64,000 nt of DNA. Source: Candidatus Latescibacterota bacterium (GTDB lineage: Bacteria; Latescibacterota; UBA2968; GCA-2709665). The translations under genes and the position numbers were made by a program. This document shows positions 1 through 9,032 of this stretch, one piece after another. The notes under the pieces are model-generated. The model was not told the DNA's origin and made no database searches. It worked only from the letters and a program-made list of their open reading frames with translations. Numbering within the stretch: position 1 is the first letter of the stretch; each line of letters opens with the position of its first letter. The stretch covers positions 2,720,001 to 2,784,000 of the forward strand of contig OZ244937.1 in the NCBI GenBank assembly GCA_965222075.1, read 5' to 3'.

Positions 1-943
1 CCAGGGTGCGCTCGATCGCCTCTTGCACCTCTCCGCTGCGGACCAGTTCCACCGGCATCCGCCCCTCTGCGGGTCCGGTCGTTCCAAACAACCTCTCGAA
101 GGCCCGGTTGATCATCTGCACGTGCCCATCCCGATCCGTAACCAGCATCCCCTCGGCAATGCTGTCCAGAACCGCTTCTAAGCGCGATTTCTCCACCGTA
201 ATCTGCCCGATGCGCTCCTGAATCTGCCGGCGCATCCCGTCCAGGGCCCCCGCCAGATCCCGCAGTTCCCGCACCGACACCCCAGGCGCCTGGGTCTCCC
301 CCGTGAAATCGCCCGACGCCACAGCCCGGGCCACCTGTGTCATGTCCACAATCGGACGCGACACAAATCGGGATCCCCCGTAGGCCAGCGCCAGGGCCAG
401 CGCCAGAGCCAGCACCGAAGCCGCCCAGATCGCGTCGTGGATGCGTTTTTGAATCTGCCCCACATCCCGCACAGGCATGGCCAGACGCATCACAACCCGC
501 CCGTCTCCCACACCGGGGACCACCTCGGCCACATAGAGCATCTCCTGCTTCAGCGTTGCGCTGTAGCGCAAGCTGCGTCCCATCCGTCCACTCCAGGCCT
601 CCCGGACCTCCGGACGGTCGGCGTGGTTCTCCAGACCCGCCAGGTCCTCTAAGCGCACCTCCGAATCTCCCAGCACGCGCCCGGTCCCGTCGGTTACCGT
701 CGCGCGCACCCCCAGTCGCTGCCCCAGCAGGTCGGCCAGGCCGTCCAGCGTCTCCGGCGGCGGCCGGTCCGACAGGTCGCGCCTCAGGTAGGCCCCGGCT
801 AAGCGGACTTCGCGGGTGAGGGTATCGCCGAGCTGCCCCACCAGGAACGCCCGCATAGCCCGGTCCAGGTAGAGGTGCACCGACGCCACCACCAGGACGA
901 TCACCGAGGTGTAGGTCAACATCAGCTTCCAGTGCAGGCGCAT
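1..943 (-). CDS. phoR: PhoR-like sensor histidine kinase, 5' part (runs off the window start)
   Basis: Manual translation from ATG at 943 gives MRLHWKLMLTYTSVIVLVVASVHLYLDRAMR..., with two hydrophobic segments followed by HAMP- and PAS-like sequence. It starts 1 nt after the stop of the OmpR-family regulator. Confidence 0.75.
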   Translation of the reverse strand, partial: MRLHWKLMLTYTSVIVLVVASVHLYLDRAMRAFLVGQLGDTLTREVRLAGAYLRRDLSDRPPPETLDGLADLLGQRLGVRATVTDGTGRVLGDSEVRLEDLAGLENHADRPEVREAWSGRMGRSLRYSATLKQEMLYVAEVVPGVGDGRVVMRLAMPVRDVGQIQKRIHDAIWAASVLALALALALAYGGSRFVSRPIVDMTQVARAVASGDFTGETQAPGVSVRELRDLAGALDGMRRQIQERIGQITVEKSRLEAVLDSIAEGMLVTDRDGHVQMINRAFERLFGTTGPAEGRMPVELVRSGEVQEAIERTL

Positions 944-944
944 C

Positions 945-1658
945 CTACGAAACCTCCGGCCTGAAGCGGTATCCCACCCCGCGCACCGTCTCCACCAAAT
1001 CGCTCGTCTCGCTTAGCTTCTCCCGCAGACGCCGGATGTGGGTGTCCACCGTGCGCCCGTAGCCGGCGTATTCGTAGCCCCATACGGAATTGAGCAGGTC
1101 CTCCCGGGACTGCACGCGCCCCCGCCGTTCGATCAGCGTCACCAGCAGCTTGAACTCGGTAGACGTCAGGGCCAGCGGCTCTCCATCTAAGAAGGCCCGG
1201 TGCGCGGCCAGATCGACCGTCAGCGGCCCTATCCGGATCTCTCCCGCCGTGCCGGGTGCATCCCTAACCTCTGCCTGCATGCGGCGCAGGATCGCCCGGA
1301 TCCGAAGGACCAACTCCCTGGGGGAAAAGGGTTTGACCACATAGTCGTCCGCGCCCAGTTCCAGCCCCACAATCCGGTCCACCTCTTCTGAACGGGCCGT
1401 GAGCATCAAAATCGGCACATCCCGCGTCCTCACGTCCTGCTTCAACAGCTTACAGACCTCTAAGCCGTCGATGCCCGGCAGCATCAAGTCCAGCACAATC
1501 AGCACCGGAAGCGCCTCGCGAACTGCTTCTAAGGCAGTCTCCCCGTCCTCAGCAGTGATCACGTCGAACCCTGCCTGTTCCAGGTTGTACTGGACCATCT
1601 CTGAGATATCGCGTTCATCTTCGACCAACAGAATCTTACCGTCATCCAAATCCCTCAT
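945..1658 (-). CDS. phoB: OmpR/PhoB-family response regulator
   Basis: Receiver motifs ILLVEDE, LDLMLPGIDG, LGADDYVVKPFSPREL and winged-helix RTVDTHIRRLREKL..ETVRGVGYRF. Start moved to MRDLDDG. Confidence 0.85.
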   Translation of the reverse strand: MRDLDDGKILLVEDERDISEMVQYNLEQAGFDVITAEDGETALEAVREALPVLIVLDLMLPGIDGLEVCKLLKQDVRTRDVPILMLTARSEEVDRIVGLELGADDYVVKPFSPRELVLRIRAILRRMQAEVRDAPGTAGEIRIGPLTVDLAAHRAFLDGEPLALTSTEFKLLVTLIERRGRVQSREDLLNSVWGYEYAGYGRTVDTHIRRLREKLSETSDLVETVRGVGYRFRPEVS

Positions 1659-1848
1659 CCCTTTTTCGCCTTTCTCTTTCGCGCCAAATGCTCCAGGGGC
1701 CAGGGTCTCCGCCAATAAACAAAGAATGGAGGTACAGGTCCTCACCCAAGACAAAGACCTGACCTCCACATTTGGTCACGCGTTGAAACACATCCCCAGG
1801 TGGCGGAGTGGAACGCGCGGCGTTCAACTGGTGACTCACAACCCAACT

Positions 1849-2103
1849 TTACACCGGCCGTACTACGCTCGACTGATAGCAGGACCGGTGTGCGCCACAC
1901 GTATTCGGACATGCATATCCATCGTCAGGTCCGAAGGGGCCCATCGTGCGAAGGCACCAGTAGTCTGTCGTGGCGGCATCCTCGGCCAGATAGGTCGCAG
2001 GAGGATCGTCTGAAATATAGTACCGCTTGGTCCGCAGATTCTTGCAGAACTCCAGATTCGATCCGGTCAAGTTCATGTCATCGGCCATCGTGGATACCCT
2101 CAT
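1849..2103 (-). CDS. Small Cys-rich hypothetical protein at the end of the molybdoenzyme operon
   Basis: 84 aa with 5 Cys (CKNLRTK, YWCLRTMGPFGPDD, CPNTC, SCY). ATG lies 1 nt after the stop of the FAD subunit. Confidence 0.65.
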   Translation of the reverse strand: MRVSTMADDMNLTGSNLEFCKNLRTKRYYISDDPPATYLAEDAATTDYWCLRTMGPFGPDDGYACPNTCGAHRSCYQSSVVRPV

Positions 2104-2104
2104 A

Positions 2105-3085
2105 TCATGCGCCCGCCGCCAGAACCGCGCGCCTTATCAGCGCCCGGGTCAGCGGCACCTTGTATGCATTGTGAGCCAGAGGCAATGCCTCGGCCAGGGC
2201 GGCCTCTGCAGCCTGGGCCGCCACATCCCCGGTTAAGCGTTTACCCGTTAACACCTTCTCCGCCCCCACCGCCGACCAGGGCCTGGGCGCCACGCCTCCC
2301 AGCACCACCCGCGCCGACCGGCAGATCCCGCCTTCCACCCGGATCGCCGCTGCGACGGCCGAAAGGGCAAAATCCATACTCCCCTTCTCATTGAATTTGA
2401 GGTACACGCTCACTGTGCCCGGCCTGGGCCTGGGAACCTCCACCCCGGTTACCACCTCGTTCGGCCCCAGCACGGTTTCCTGCCGTAGCCGCTCTCTGGG
2501 CAGAACGTAAAAGTCCTCCAGGTCCAGCTTCCGGCCTCCCGCAGGCCCCTGGATCTCTACCACGGCCCCCAGCGCAATCAGCGCCGGCGCCAGATCGGAC
2601 GGGTGGACAATATAGCTGGGACCGCCCCCCAGGATGGCGTGGTACTTGTTGTTGCCGTCAACAGCATAACAGATGTGCCCGCCCTTCTTCAGGCAGGGAA
2701 ACGCACTGTCCCGATAGTACCAACACCGGGGGCGCTGGCAGAGGTTGCCGCCGAGGGTGCCCACATTTCGGATCTGAAGCGAACCGACTGACTCAGCGGC
2801 CTGCGCCAGCGCCGCATACGCAGAGCGGATCACCTCATCCGAAGCAATCTCCGTCAGCGTGGTCGTCGCCCCGATCTCCAGCTTCCGCTTCCTGTGGCGG
2901 ATATACCTCAGATCCGGCAGCGCTTTCAGGTTCACCAAGCGGTCCGGAGCGATCAGGTCGTCCTTGAGTTCCCCCAGGAGATCGACTCCCCCCGCAATAA
3001 CCACCGCCTTCCGGTCCTGCTTTCGACTCAAGAGCGCTGGAATCTCTTTCAGGCTGGATGGATTGACATATTCGAACGCATTCAC
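2105..3085 (-). CDS. Xanthine dehydrogenase family FAD-binding subunit (YagS/PaoB-like)
   Basis: IAGGVDLL, QIRNVGTLGGNLCQRPRCWYYR with the extra Cys cluster (CLKKGGHIC), HPSDLAPAL. Confidence 0.92.
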   Translation of the reverse strand: MNAFEYVNPSSLKEIPALLSRKQDRKAVVIAGGVDLLGELKDDLIAPDRLVNLKALPDLRYIRHRKRKLEIGATTTLTEIASDEVIRSAYAALAQAAESVGSLQIRNVGTLGGNLCQRPRCWYYRDSAFPCLKKGGHICYAVDGNNKYHAILGGGPSYIVHPSDLAPALIALGAVVEIQGPAGGRKLDLEDFYVLPRERLRQETVLGPNEVVTGVEVPRPRPGTVSVYLKFNEKGSMDFALSAVAAAIRVEGGICRSARVVLGGVAPRPWSAVGAEKVLTGKRLTGDVAAQAAEAALAEALPLAHNAYKVPLTRALIRRAVLAAGA

Positions 3086-3100
3086 AGTCGCCTCTCCTTA

Positions 3101-5218
3101 TCAGACCTTGCCCAGGGCAGTCAGTACCTTATCCGGCGTCATCGGAAACTCCCGAACCCGCACCCCGATGGCGTTGTGTACAGCATTGGCCAGGGCGCCC
3201 AAAATCGGAATCGCCGGCGCCTCGCCCAGCCCGATCACGCCCCGTTCGGGCATGTCCATCGTAATCGGTTCGATTTCGGGCGTCTCCAGCGCCCCGGCAA
3301 TCTTATAGTTCTCAAAGTCCGGGTTCAGCATCATTCCCGTCAGGTCGTCCATCAGGCGGTTTTCTAAAAGCGCATAGCTGATCCCGCCGATCACCCCGCC
3401 GATGATCTGGCTCTCGGCCGTCAGCTTGTCCACCACCAGCCCGCAGTCGTTAATCGCCACCACCTTGATCGGCTGAATCCGTCCCGTCTCCACGTCCACG
3501 TCCACCTCCACGAAATGCACGCCGGCCACCCCCTGGCTGGAAAACCCCGCGCCCCACTCCGCCACCACCATCACCGAATCTCCACCAAGCTGTGCCGTCA
3601 CCTCCCGCCAGTCCCAGCTCTTCCCATTCCCCTTAACGTGTACCCGGCCGTCCCGTGCCTCAAGCTGGTCCGCCGCTACGCCCAGAGTTGAGGCAACGCG
3701 CCCAAAAAGCTGTTCCTTGGCCTGCCGGGCGGCAATTTTAACCGCAGGCACCGTCGAGGGCGTGGTCGTACTTCCCCCGCTGGCCCTGCCCGGTGGAAAC
3801 TGGCTGTCCCCAATATGCGACCGGACATCCTCCAGCTGCAGCCCCAGTTCCTCTGCGGCCACCATTGCAATCAGCGTCCGAATGCCCGTCCCGATATCCT
3901 GTGTCGCGCTCCTGGCATCCACACTCCCGTCCGGATGAATGCTCACCTCCGCAAACGTATTCCGCACGCCACGACCGCCCCACAGCCCGACTCCGACCCC
4001 GATGCCCCGCTTGACCGGACCCTCGCCCGAACCGGCCACCCGATTCCTCCGGCGCCAGCCGATCCGCTCCGCCCCGATCTCGTACTGCTTCAACCGGATC
4101 TCGTTGTGCGCCGAATCGTTTCGCTTCCGGAACTCCAGTGGGTCCATCCCCAGCGCCTCGGCCAGTTCGTCCATCGCAGAGTCCATGGCGAACGCCGCCT
4201 GGGGATGTCCCGGCGCCCGCATCGCCCGGGCCCCGCCCGCATTGATGTGTACATCTTTCAGTTCCACCTTCCGGTTGGGCACCTGGAACACGTAGGGCAG
4301 GGGAATATTTCCCACGCCGGTAACACCGCCCGTGCCATAGCTGCTGGAGTGAAAAGCCGTCAAACCGCCGTCCTTTTTTCCCCCCATCCTGATCTTCATA
4401 ATCGCCGACGGGCGGTTGCCCACACAGAGGTGCTCCTCCTTCCGGCTCAGCATCAGCTTCACCGGCGCCCCCGCCTGTTTGGCCAGCCGTGCGGCAACCA
4501 GCCCTTCAACCCCCGGGCCGAACTTGCTTCCAAACCCACCCCCCACATGCTCGCTGATCACCCGCACCTGGCTTTTGGGAATCTTGAACCAGTCGGCCAG
4601 ATTGCCCTGCACGCCCACAACCCCCTGGGTGGAGCACCACACCGTCAGTTCATCCCCATCCCATCGGGCCACGGCCCCGTGGGTCTCTAAGGAACTGTGG
4701 GTCTGCACCGGCACCCGATAGGTCGCCTCAATCACCTGATCCGCCCCGGCAAACCCCGCCTTGATATCCCCTTGCTCCCTCTGCCGCCGCTTGGGGATCT
4801 CCACATTCCCATTTGGATGGATCTGCGGCGCTACGGGCGCCATCGACTCCTCTTCCACCACAGAAAAGGGCAGCTCTTCGTAGGCCACGTCGATCCACCG
4901 CAGCGCCTCCTCGGCCGCCTCCGGGCTCACCGCCGCCACTGCGGCCACCTCCTCCCCGGCGTAGCGCACCGTCTCCCGCTCGGGCAGCCTGAGGTTAATC
5001 ACGGCCTTCATACCCGGATGCGCCTCTGCCCGGCTCAGATCGACTTTGACCACCTTCGCGTGGGGGTGCGGAGACCGCAGGATCTTTCCGTAAAGCATAC
5101 CGGGCAGGCTGATATCGTAGGTATACTTCGCCCGCCCGGTCACCTTGTCGGCCGCATCCAGCCTGTTGACCTCTGTCCCCGTGAGATACCGCGGGCCCCA
5201 GTCTTTCATCTCTGCCAT
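3101..5218 (-). CDS. Xanthine dehydrogenase family molybdopterin-binding subunit
   Basis: KVTGRAKY, VGGGFGSK, AMRAPG, DIGTG, SGGSTT, QIIGG, GLGE motifs. Confidence 0.93.
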   Translation of the reverse strand: MAEMKDWGPRYLTGTEVNRLDAADKVTGRAKYTYDISLPGMLYGKILRSPHPHAKVVKVDLSRAEAHPGMKAVINLRLPERETVRYAGEEVAAVAAVSPEAAEEALRWIDVAYEELPFSVVEEESMAPVAPQIHPNGNVEIPKRRQREQGDIKAGFAGADQVIEATYRVPVQTHSSLETHGAVARWDGDELTVWCSTQGVVGVQGNLADWFKIPKSQVRVISEHVGGGFGSKFGPGVEGLVAARLAKQAGAPVKLMLSRKEEHLCVGNRPSAIMKIRMGGKKDGGLTAFHSSSYGTGGVTGVGNIPLPYVFQVPNRKVELKDVHINAGGARAMRAPGHPQAAFAMDSAMDELAEALGMDPLEFRKRNDSAHNEIRLKQYEIGAERIGWRRRNRVAGSGEGPVKRGIGVGVGLWGGRGVRNTFAEVSIHPDGSVDARSATQDIGTGIRTLIAMVAAEELGLQLEDVRSHIGDSQFPPGRASGGSTTTPSTVPAVKIAARQAKEQLFGRVASTLGVAADQLEARDGRVHVKGNGKSWDWREVTAQLGGDSVMVVAEWGAGFSSQGVAGVHFVEVDVDVETGRIQPIKVVAINDCGLVVDKLTAESQIIGGVIGGISYALLENRLMDDLTGMMLNPDFENYKIAGALETPEIEPITMDMPERGVIGLGEAPAIPILGALANAVHNAIGVRVREFPMTPDKVLTALGKV

Positions 5219-5221
5219 GGC

Positions 5222-5851
5222 TCAGCCCTCCCCTCGCTGCATCTTAGCCGCCGCGAGCGCGGCCTCAAATACCCTTGGATAGGTGCCGCAGCGACAGAGA
5301 TTTCCCGAAACCGCGGCCTTCACATCTTCCAGCGTCGGGTTCGGGTTCCGGTCCAGAAGCGCCTTTACGGACATCACAAAACCCGGCGTGCAGAACCCGC
5401 ACATCAGGGCGTCGTGCCGGATAAAAGCCTCCTGAACCGGATCGAGCCGGTCGCCGTCGGCCAGGCCCTCAACGGTCGTAATCTCCTTCCCGGCCCCATC
5501 CACCGCCAGCATCATACAGGAATAGACTGGCTGGCCGTCCATCAGCACCGTACACCCGCCGCAGGACCCCCGTTCGCAGATCGGTTTGGGCCCGGTGATA
5601 CCCAGCCGATCGCGCAGCGCCTCCAGCAGCGTATGCCGGGGCTCAACCGCCACCTGGTGGGCCGCGCTGTTCACCCTCAACGAAATCCGGACAGCACCCG
5701 GCCCCAGCCGCTTGCCCGACGCGGCCTCACTCTCCACAGGCGAAATACCGGCCGACAGCAGACCCGTTGCGGCAACGCCGGTGCCCATCCCTTTCAAAAA
5801 CTCACGGCGCGAGACCTCCGACGGCGCATCTGCCTTTGCCTGTTCTTTCAC
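5222..5851 (-). CDS. (2Fe-2S) subunit of xanthine dehydrogenase family with Tat signal (PaoA/YagT-like)
   Basis: SRREFLK twin-arginine motif, CERGSCGGCTV..C, MCGFCTPG, NLCRCGTY. GTG start after an AAGGAGGT RBS. Confidence 0.92.
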   Translation of the reverse strand: MKEQAKADAPSEVSRREFLKGMGTGVAATGLLSAGISPVESEAASGKRLGPGAVRISLRVNSAAHQVAVEPRHTLLEALRDRLGITGPKPICERGSCGGCTVLMDGQPVYSCMMLAVDGAGKEITTVEGLADGDRLDPVQEAFIRHDALMCGFCTPGFVMSVKALLDRNPNPTLEDVKAAVSGNLCRCGTYPRVFEAALAAAKMQRGEG

Positions 5852-6040
5852 AAGACCACCTCCTTCAGTGCTTGAAGATCGCATCATGATGCCGTGTGGA
5901 CCATGGACAAAAACAGGTCCTTTCCGTCGTCTGTCGTCCTATCATAATTTTTTCGCCAGGATCTTTGAAGAACCGTATAAATCATGAATCCTTTTTTTGC
6001 TATTGTCAAGAAAATAAGAGCCACCTTCAGTGGCTCCGTG

Positions 6041-8011
6041 CTATTCCAAGTGGGTAAAAGAGACCCTATCCTCCCAGGGATCACAGCGGCTCAGGCGAAG
6101 CGTAAGGGCCTCCTCCGGCTCTACTGGACGGCTTGGCTTTACTTCGGCCCGAAACCCGTACTCCAGAACCTCGGCATAAAACCCTCGCTCCCACGTCTCC
6201 AGCACCACCGCTTCAAAGTCCTGTCCCACAAAGTCCTCTAAGTATTTGAAGAGCCAGTACCGCTCCCTGCGCCGCTCCAACCGGTTGATCTCACGCACGC
6301 GCTCTCCCGCCTGGAAGAGCACCTCCTGCATGCCCTCCGCATCGTAGGGCAACGGTTCACCCAGCAAAAAGGCCACAACCTGGCGCTGCACCGCCAGATC
6401 GACATAGCGCCGCAAAGGAGAAGACGCCTGGCAGTAAGGCTCCACGCCCAGCCCGCCGTGTGTGCCGGGTTCCAAGCCCATCGTGGCCGGGGGCATCCGG
6501 CGCAAGATCCGGTACCGCTGCACGATTTCGGACGCCGCATCCTGCAAGTCCGACAGGTCCGGCCCCTGCTGCGTTCGGTACACAATCGGGATCTGCCGGT
6601 CCCGGCAAAACTGCGCAACCGCCACATTGGCCATCACCATCAACTCGCTCACCAGCATATTGGACCGGGAGTCCCGGTGCCGCATCGACACCTGAATCTC
6701 ACCCTCCGGCGTCACTCGAATCTGGCGTTCGGCGTGTTCCAGCGCAACCGCCCCCGCATGCATACGCTCCACCCAGTGCGCCTCGGCCACCCGATGGAGT
6801 GCCGATAAGGACGCGTGGAGGGGATGGGACGGATCGTCCAGGATGGCATCCGCCCGGTCGTAGGTCAGCTTCTCCCTGCAGCAGATCACCGACGGCGCAA
6901 TCTCGGCCCCTCCAACCGATCCATCCGCCGCCACATCGAAGCACAGGCTCAGAGCCAGTCGGGGCGCATCAGGGCAGAGGCTCCCCAGCGCTTCGGAAAT
7001 CTCCGGAGGAAACATCGGGATCTTGCATTCTGGAAAATACAGACTCGAAACCCGGCCGGCCGCTTCCCGATCCAGTTTGGACCCGGCCGGGATCAGCGCC
7101 GCCACATCGGTAATATGAACCCCCACCTGGCACGTCCCATCTTCCCGCAGCACCACCGAAACCCCATCGTCCATATCGGTCGTAAGCGCATCGTCGATCG
7201 TAAAAACGGACAGCCCGGTCAGGTCCTGGCGCCGGCCGTCTTCCAACAAAGGGTCCAGCTCCACCCTCCCCGCCGCCCTGAGTACCACCTCTGGAAAGTC
7301 CACCGGGACGTCTTCCCGGATCAGGTCCAGATGTTCGTTCTCATCCCAGACCTCCAGCTCCACCATCCGGTCGAAGGCCCGGCGCCGGTCCGCCTGCCGT
7401 CCCGACATCCGTTCCACCCACCGGGCGTGGGCGCTGTTTTCCCCGTACAGAGCACAATCCTTCAGACGGTCTACCCAGGAGGCCAGATACAAAGATAAAT
7501 CCTCAATCTCCTCTCCCTCTAAGAACCACCTCTGAAACAGCGCCTGCTCCTTTGCCCGTGCCTGCGCCCGGGCCTCCGCCTCCTGCGCCTCGGCCACCTC
7601 CGCCTCGGTCATCGGGCGGTAGGTCTCCCCGTTTGCCTCAAAATAGGGACACGCCTCCAAATGCACCAGAAGCGCTGCCAGCCGGTCCGGCCTCACCCCA
7701 TCTTCAAAATAGAAATCCCCTAATTCCTCCACCCCCCAGCTCTCCCCTTCGTCCCGCACCAGATCCCAGACCTCCTCCAGGTCCATCTCCGCACTCCTGG
7801 CCGCTGCCTGCTCCCACCAGGCCGCTGCCTCCCGGTCTCCGCCAACCTCCCCTGTTGCCAGCAGCACATTCTCCACCGGCACGTTCACCGTCCCCTGGGC
7901 CGGCGTGGCAAACCGCGCTTTCCCCCGCCCCACGGAGAGGCAGACCCCCGCCAGCAGACGGTTTCGGTGCCTGAAAAAGGCAACTTCGTTCTCTTTAAGG
8001 ACAGCCCCCAT
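6041..8011 (-). CDS. RNB-domain exoribonuclease (RNase II/R family)
   Basis: FTIDDALTTDMDDGVS catalytic motif, VHITDV, LVSELMVMAN, SPLRRYVDL. Start set at MGAVLKENE because the longer ORF overlaps ridA. Confidence 0.88.
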   Translation of the reverse strand: MGAVLKENEVAFFRHRNRLLAGVCLSVGRGKARFATPAQGTVNVPVENVLLATGEVGGDREAAAWWEQAAARSAEMDLEEVWDLVRDEGESWGVEELGDFYFEDGVRPDRLAALLVHLEACPYFEANGETYRPMTEAEVAEAQEAEARAQARAKEQALFQRWFLEGEEIEDLSLYLASWVDRLKDCALYGENSAHARWVERMSGRQADRRRAFDRMVELEVWDENEHLDLIREDVPVDFPEVVLRAAGRVELDPLLEDGRRQDLTGLSVFTIDDALTTDMDDGVSVVLREDGTCQVGVHITDVAALIPAGSKLDREAAGRVSSLYFPECKIPMFPPEISEALGSLCPDAPRLALSLCFDVAADGSVGGAEIAPSVICCREKLTYDRADAILDDPSHPLHASLSALHRVAEAHWVERMHAGAVALEHAERQIRVTPEGEIQVSMRHRDSRSNMLVSELMVMANVAVAQFCRDRQIPIVYRTQQGPDLSDLQDAASEIVQRYRILRRMPPATMGLEPGTHGGLGVEPYCQASSPLRRYVDLAVQRQVVAFLLGEPLPYDAEGMQEVLFQAGERVREINRLERRRERYWLFKYLEDFVGQDFEAVVLETWERGFYAEVLEYGFRAEVKPSRPVEPEEALTLRLSRCDPWEDRVSFTHLE

Positions 8012-8018
8012 ATCGATA

Positions 8019-8399
8019 TCAACCCGGCTTCCGGGCCACCACGTCGATCTCCACCAGGATGCCCGGCAGCACCGACTGGACCGTGGTTCGCGCCGGGCGA
8101 ACCCCCTTGAAAAATTCCGAATAGACCTTGTTAAACTCGTCGAAATCCCCGATATCCGCAAGGTGGCAGGTGCTCTTCACCACATCGTCCACCGAACACC
8201 CCGCCCCGGTCAATACCTTCCGGATGTGTTCCAGCGTAACGCGCGTCTGCGTCTCGATATCCTCCCCGACCACCTCGCCCGTCGCCATATCCAGCGGCCC
8301 GTGCCCGCTCACGTAGACCCAGCCGTCGACCTCCACAGCGGCGGAATACGCCCCGGTATCCACTTGCTTCTCCGGATGTTTGACCTCACGTTTGGCCAT
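8019..8399 (-). CDS. RidA/YjgF family protein
   Basis: GAYSAAV, YVSGHGPLD, FNKVYSEFF..RPARTTVQS, LVEIDVVA. Confidence 0.9.
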   Translation of the reverse strand: MAKREVKHPEKQVDTGAYSAAVEVDGWVYVSGHGPLDMATGEVVGEDIETQTRVTLEHIRKVLTGAGCSVDDVVKSTCHLADIGDFDEFNKVYSEFFKGVRPARTTVQSVLPGILVEIDVVARKPG

Positions 8400-8537
8400 G
8401 TTGGCTCCCCTCGTCAATGGTTCAAAAGTACCCGCGCATGTCTGTTGAACAATATATCAAATTCCACAACCTGAAGCCAGTCTGTTCTTCACCCCATACA
8501 CCTCTGCTCCTGGGGAATGATATACAATCGTAACCAC

Positions 8538-8586
8538 AAAAAAAACCGCACAGAACAAGGACTGGGGTCCTCCTTGTCCCGTGCGG
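8538..8586 (-). terminator. Intrinsic terminator on the minus strand
   Basis: Stem CCGCACGGGACAAGGA/TCCTTGTTCTGTGCGG followed by a run of 8 T on the minus strand. Confidence 0.7.
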
Positions 8587-8695
8587 ATAGACGCCCCTCC
8601 TGAATTTGGGATTACAGGGGGAATTCCTATCGGTATCCATCCCTAAGCACCTGCTGCTTAGAAAATAACCTTTCGGTAGATACCCGGGTGCAACT

Positions 8696-8890
8696 GTTCT
8701 TTTGCTCTTGGCCTTTTTCTTGCGCGCCCAAGAAAAAGGCCCAAAAAGAAGGGCGCCGCTCAAGCGCCGCGGGGGCTGCTTTTCCGCGAATTGCCCCCGG
8801 GGTGGAAGCAGAGGCTTCTGCCCTGCGGACCTTTGGGGCGTTCCTGGGCGAAGGCGCTGGAGGAAACCGCGCGGAAAAGCCCCTTCACTC
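8696..8890. repeat. Dispersed ~200-bp intergenic repeat, copy 1
   Basis: Near-identical to 30101-30316 (GCCTTTTTCTTGCRCGCCCAAGAAAAAGGC..GGGGGCTGCTTTTCCGCGAATTGCCCC..CGCGGAAAAGCCCCTTC). Partial inverted copy at 55153-55192. Confidence 0.85.
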
Positions 8891-9032
8891 CGCCCCAAAG
8901 GCGCGGGAGGCGAAATCTGTCAACGCAACGATTTTCATCATCATGGGTGCCCCAGAGGGCGCATGACAACTGCTTGTGAACCAGGCTCAAGGGGGGGTGG
9001 ATCGGCTCTGCGCTCAGGGGGACATTGAACCG

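Noticed and set aside
1660-1850. Pho box upstream of phoB or phoX
   Set aside because: I could not find a convincing 11-bp-period CTGTCAT-like direct repeat by eye.
6041-8161. 706-aa version of the RNase II ORF
   Set aside because: The extra N-terminus overlaps ridA in another frame. The ATG at 8011 is more plausible.
8422-9028. Several overlapping ORFs, with similar ORFs at 29918-30553
   Set aside because: They are translations of the non-coding dispersed repeat and show no protein motifs.
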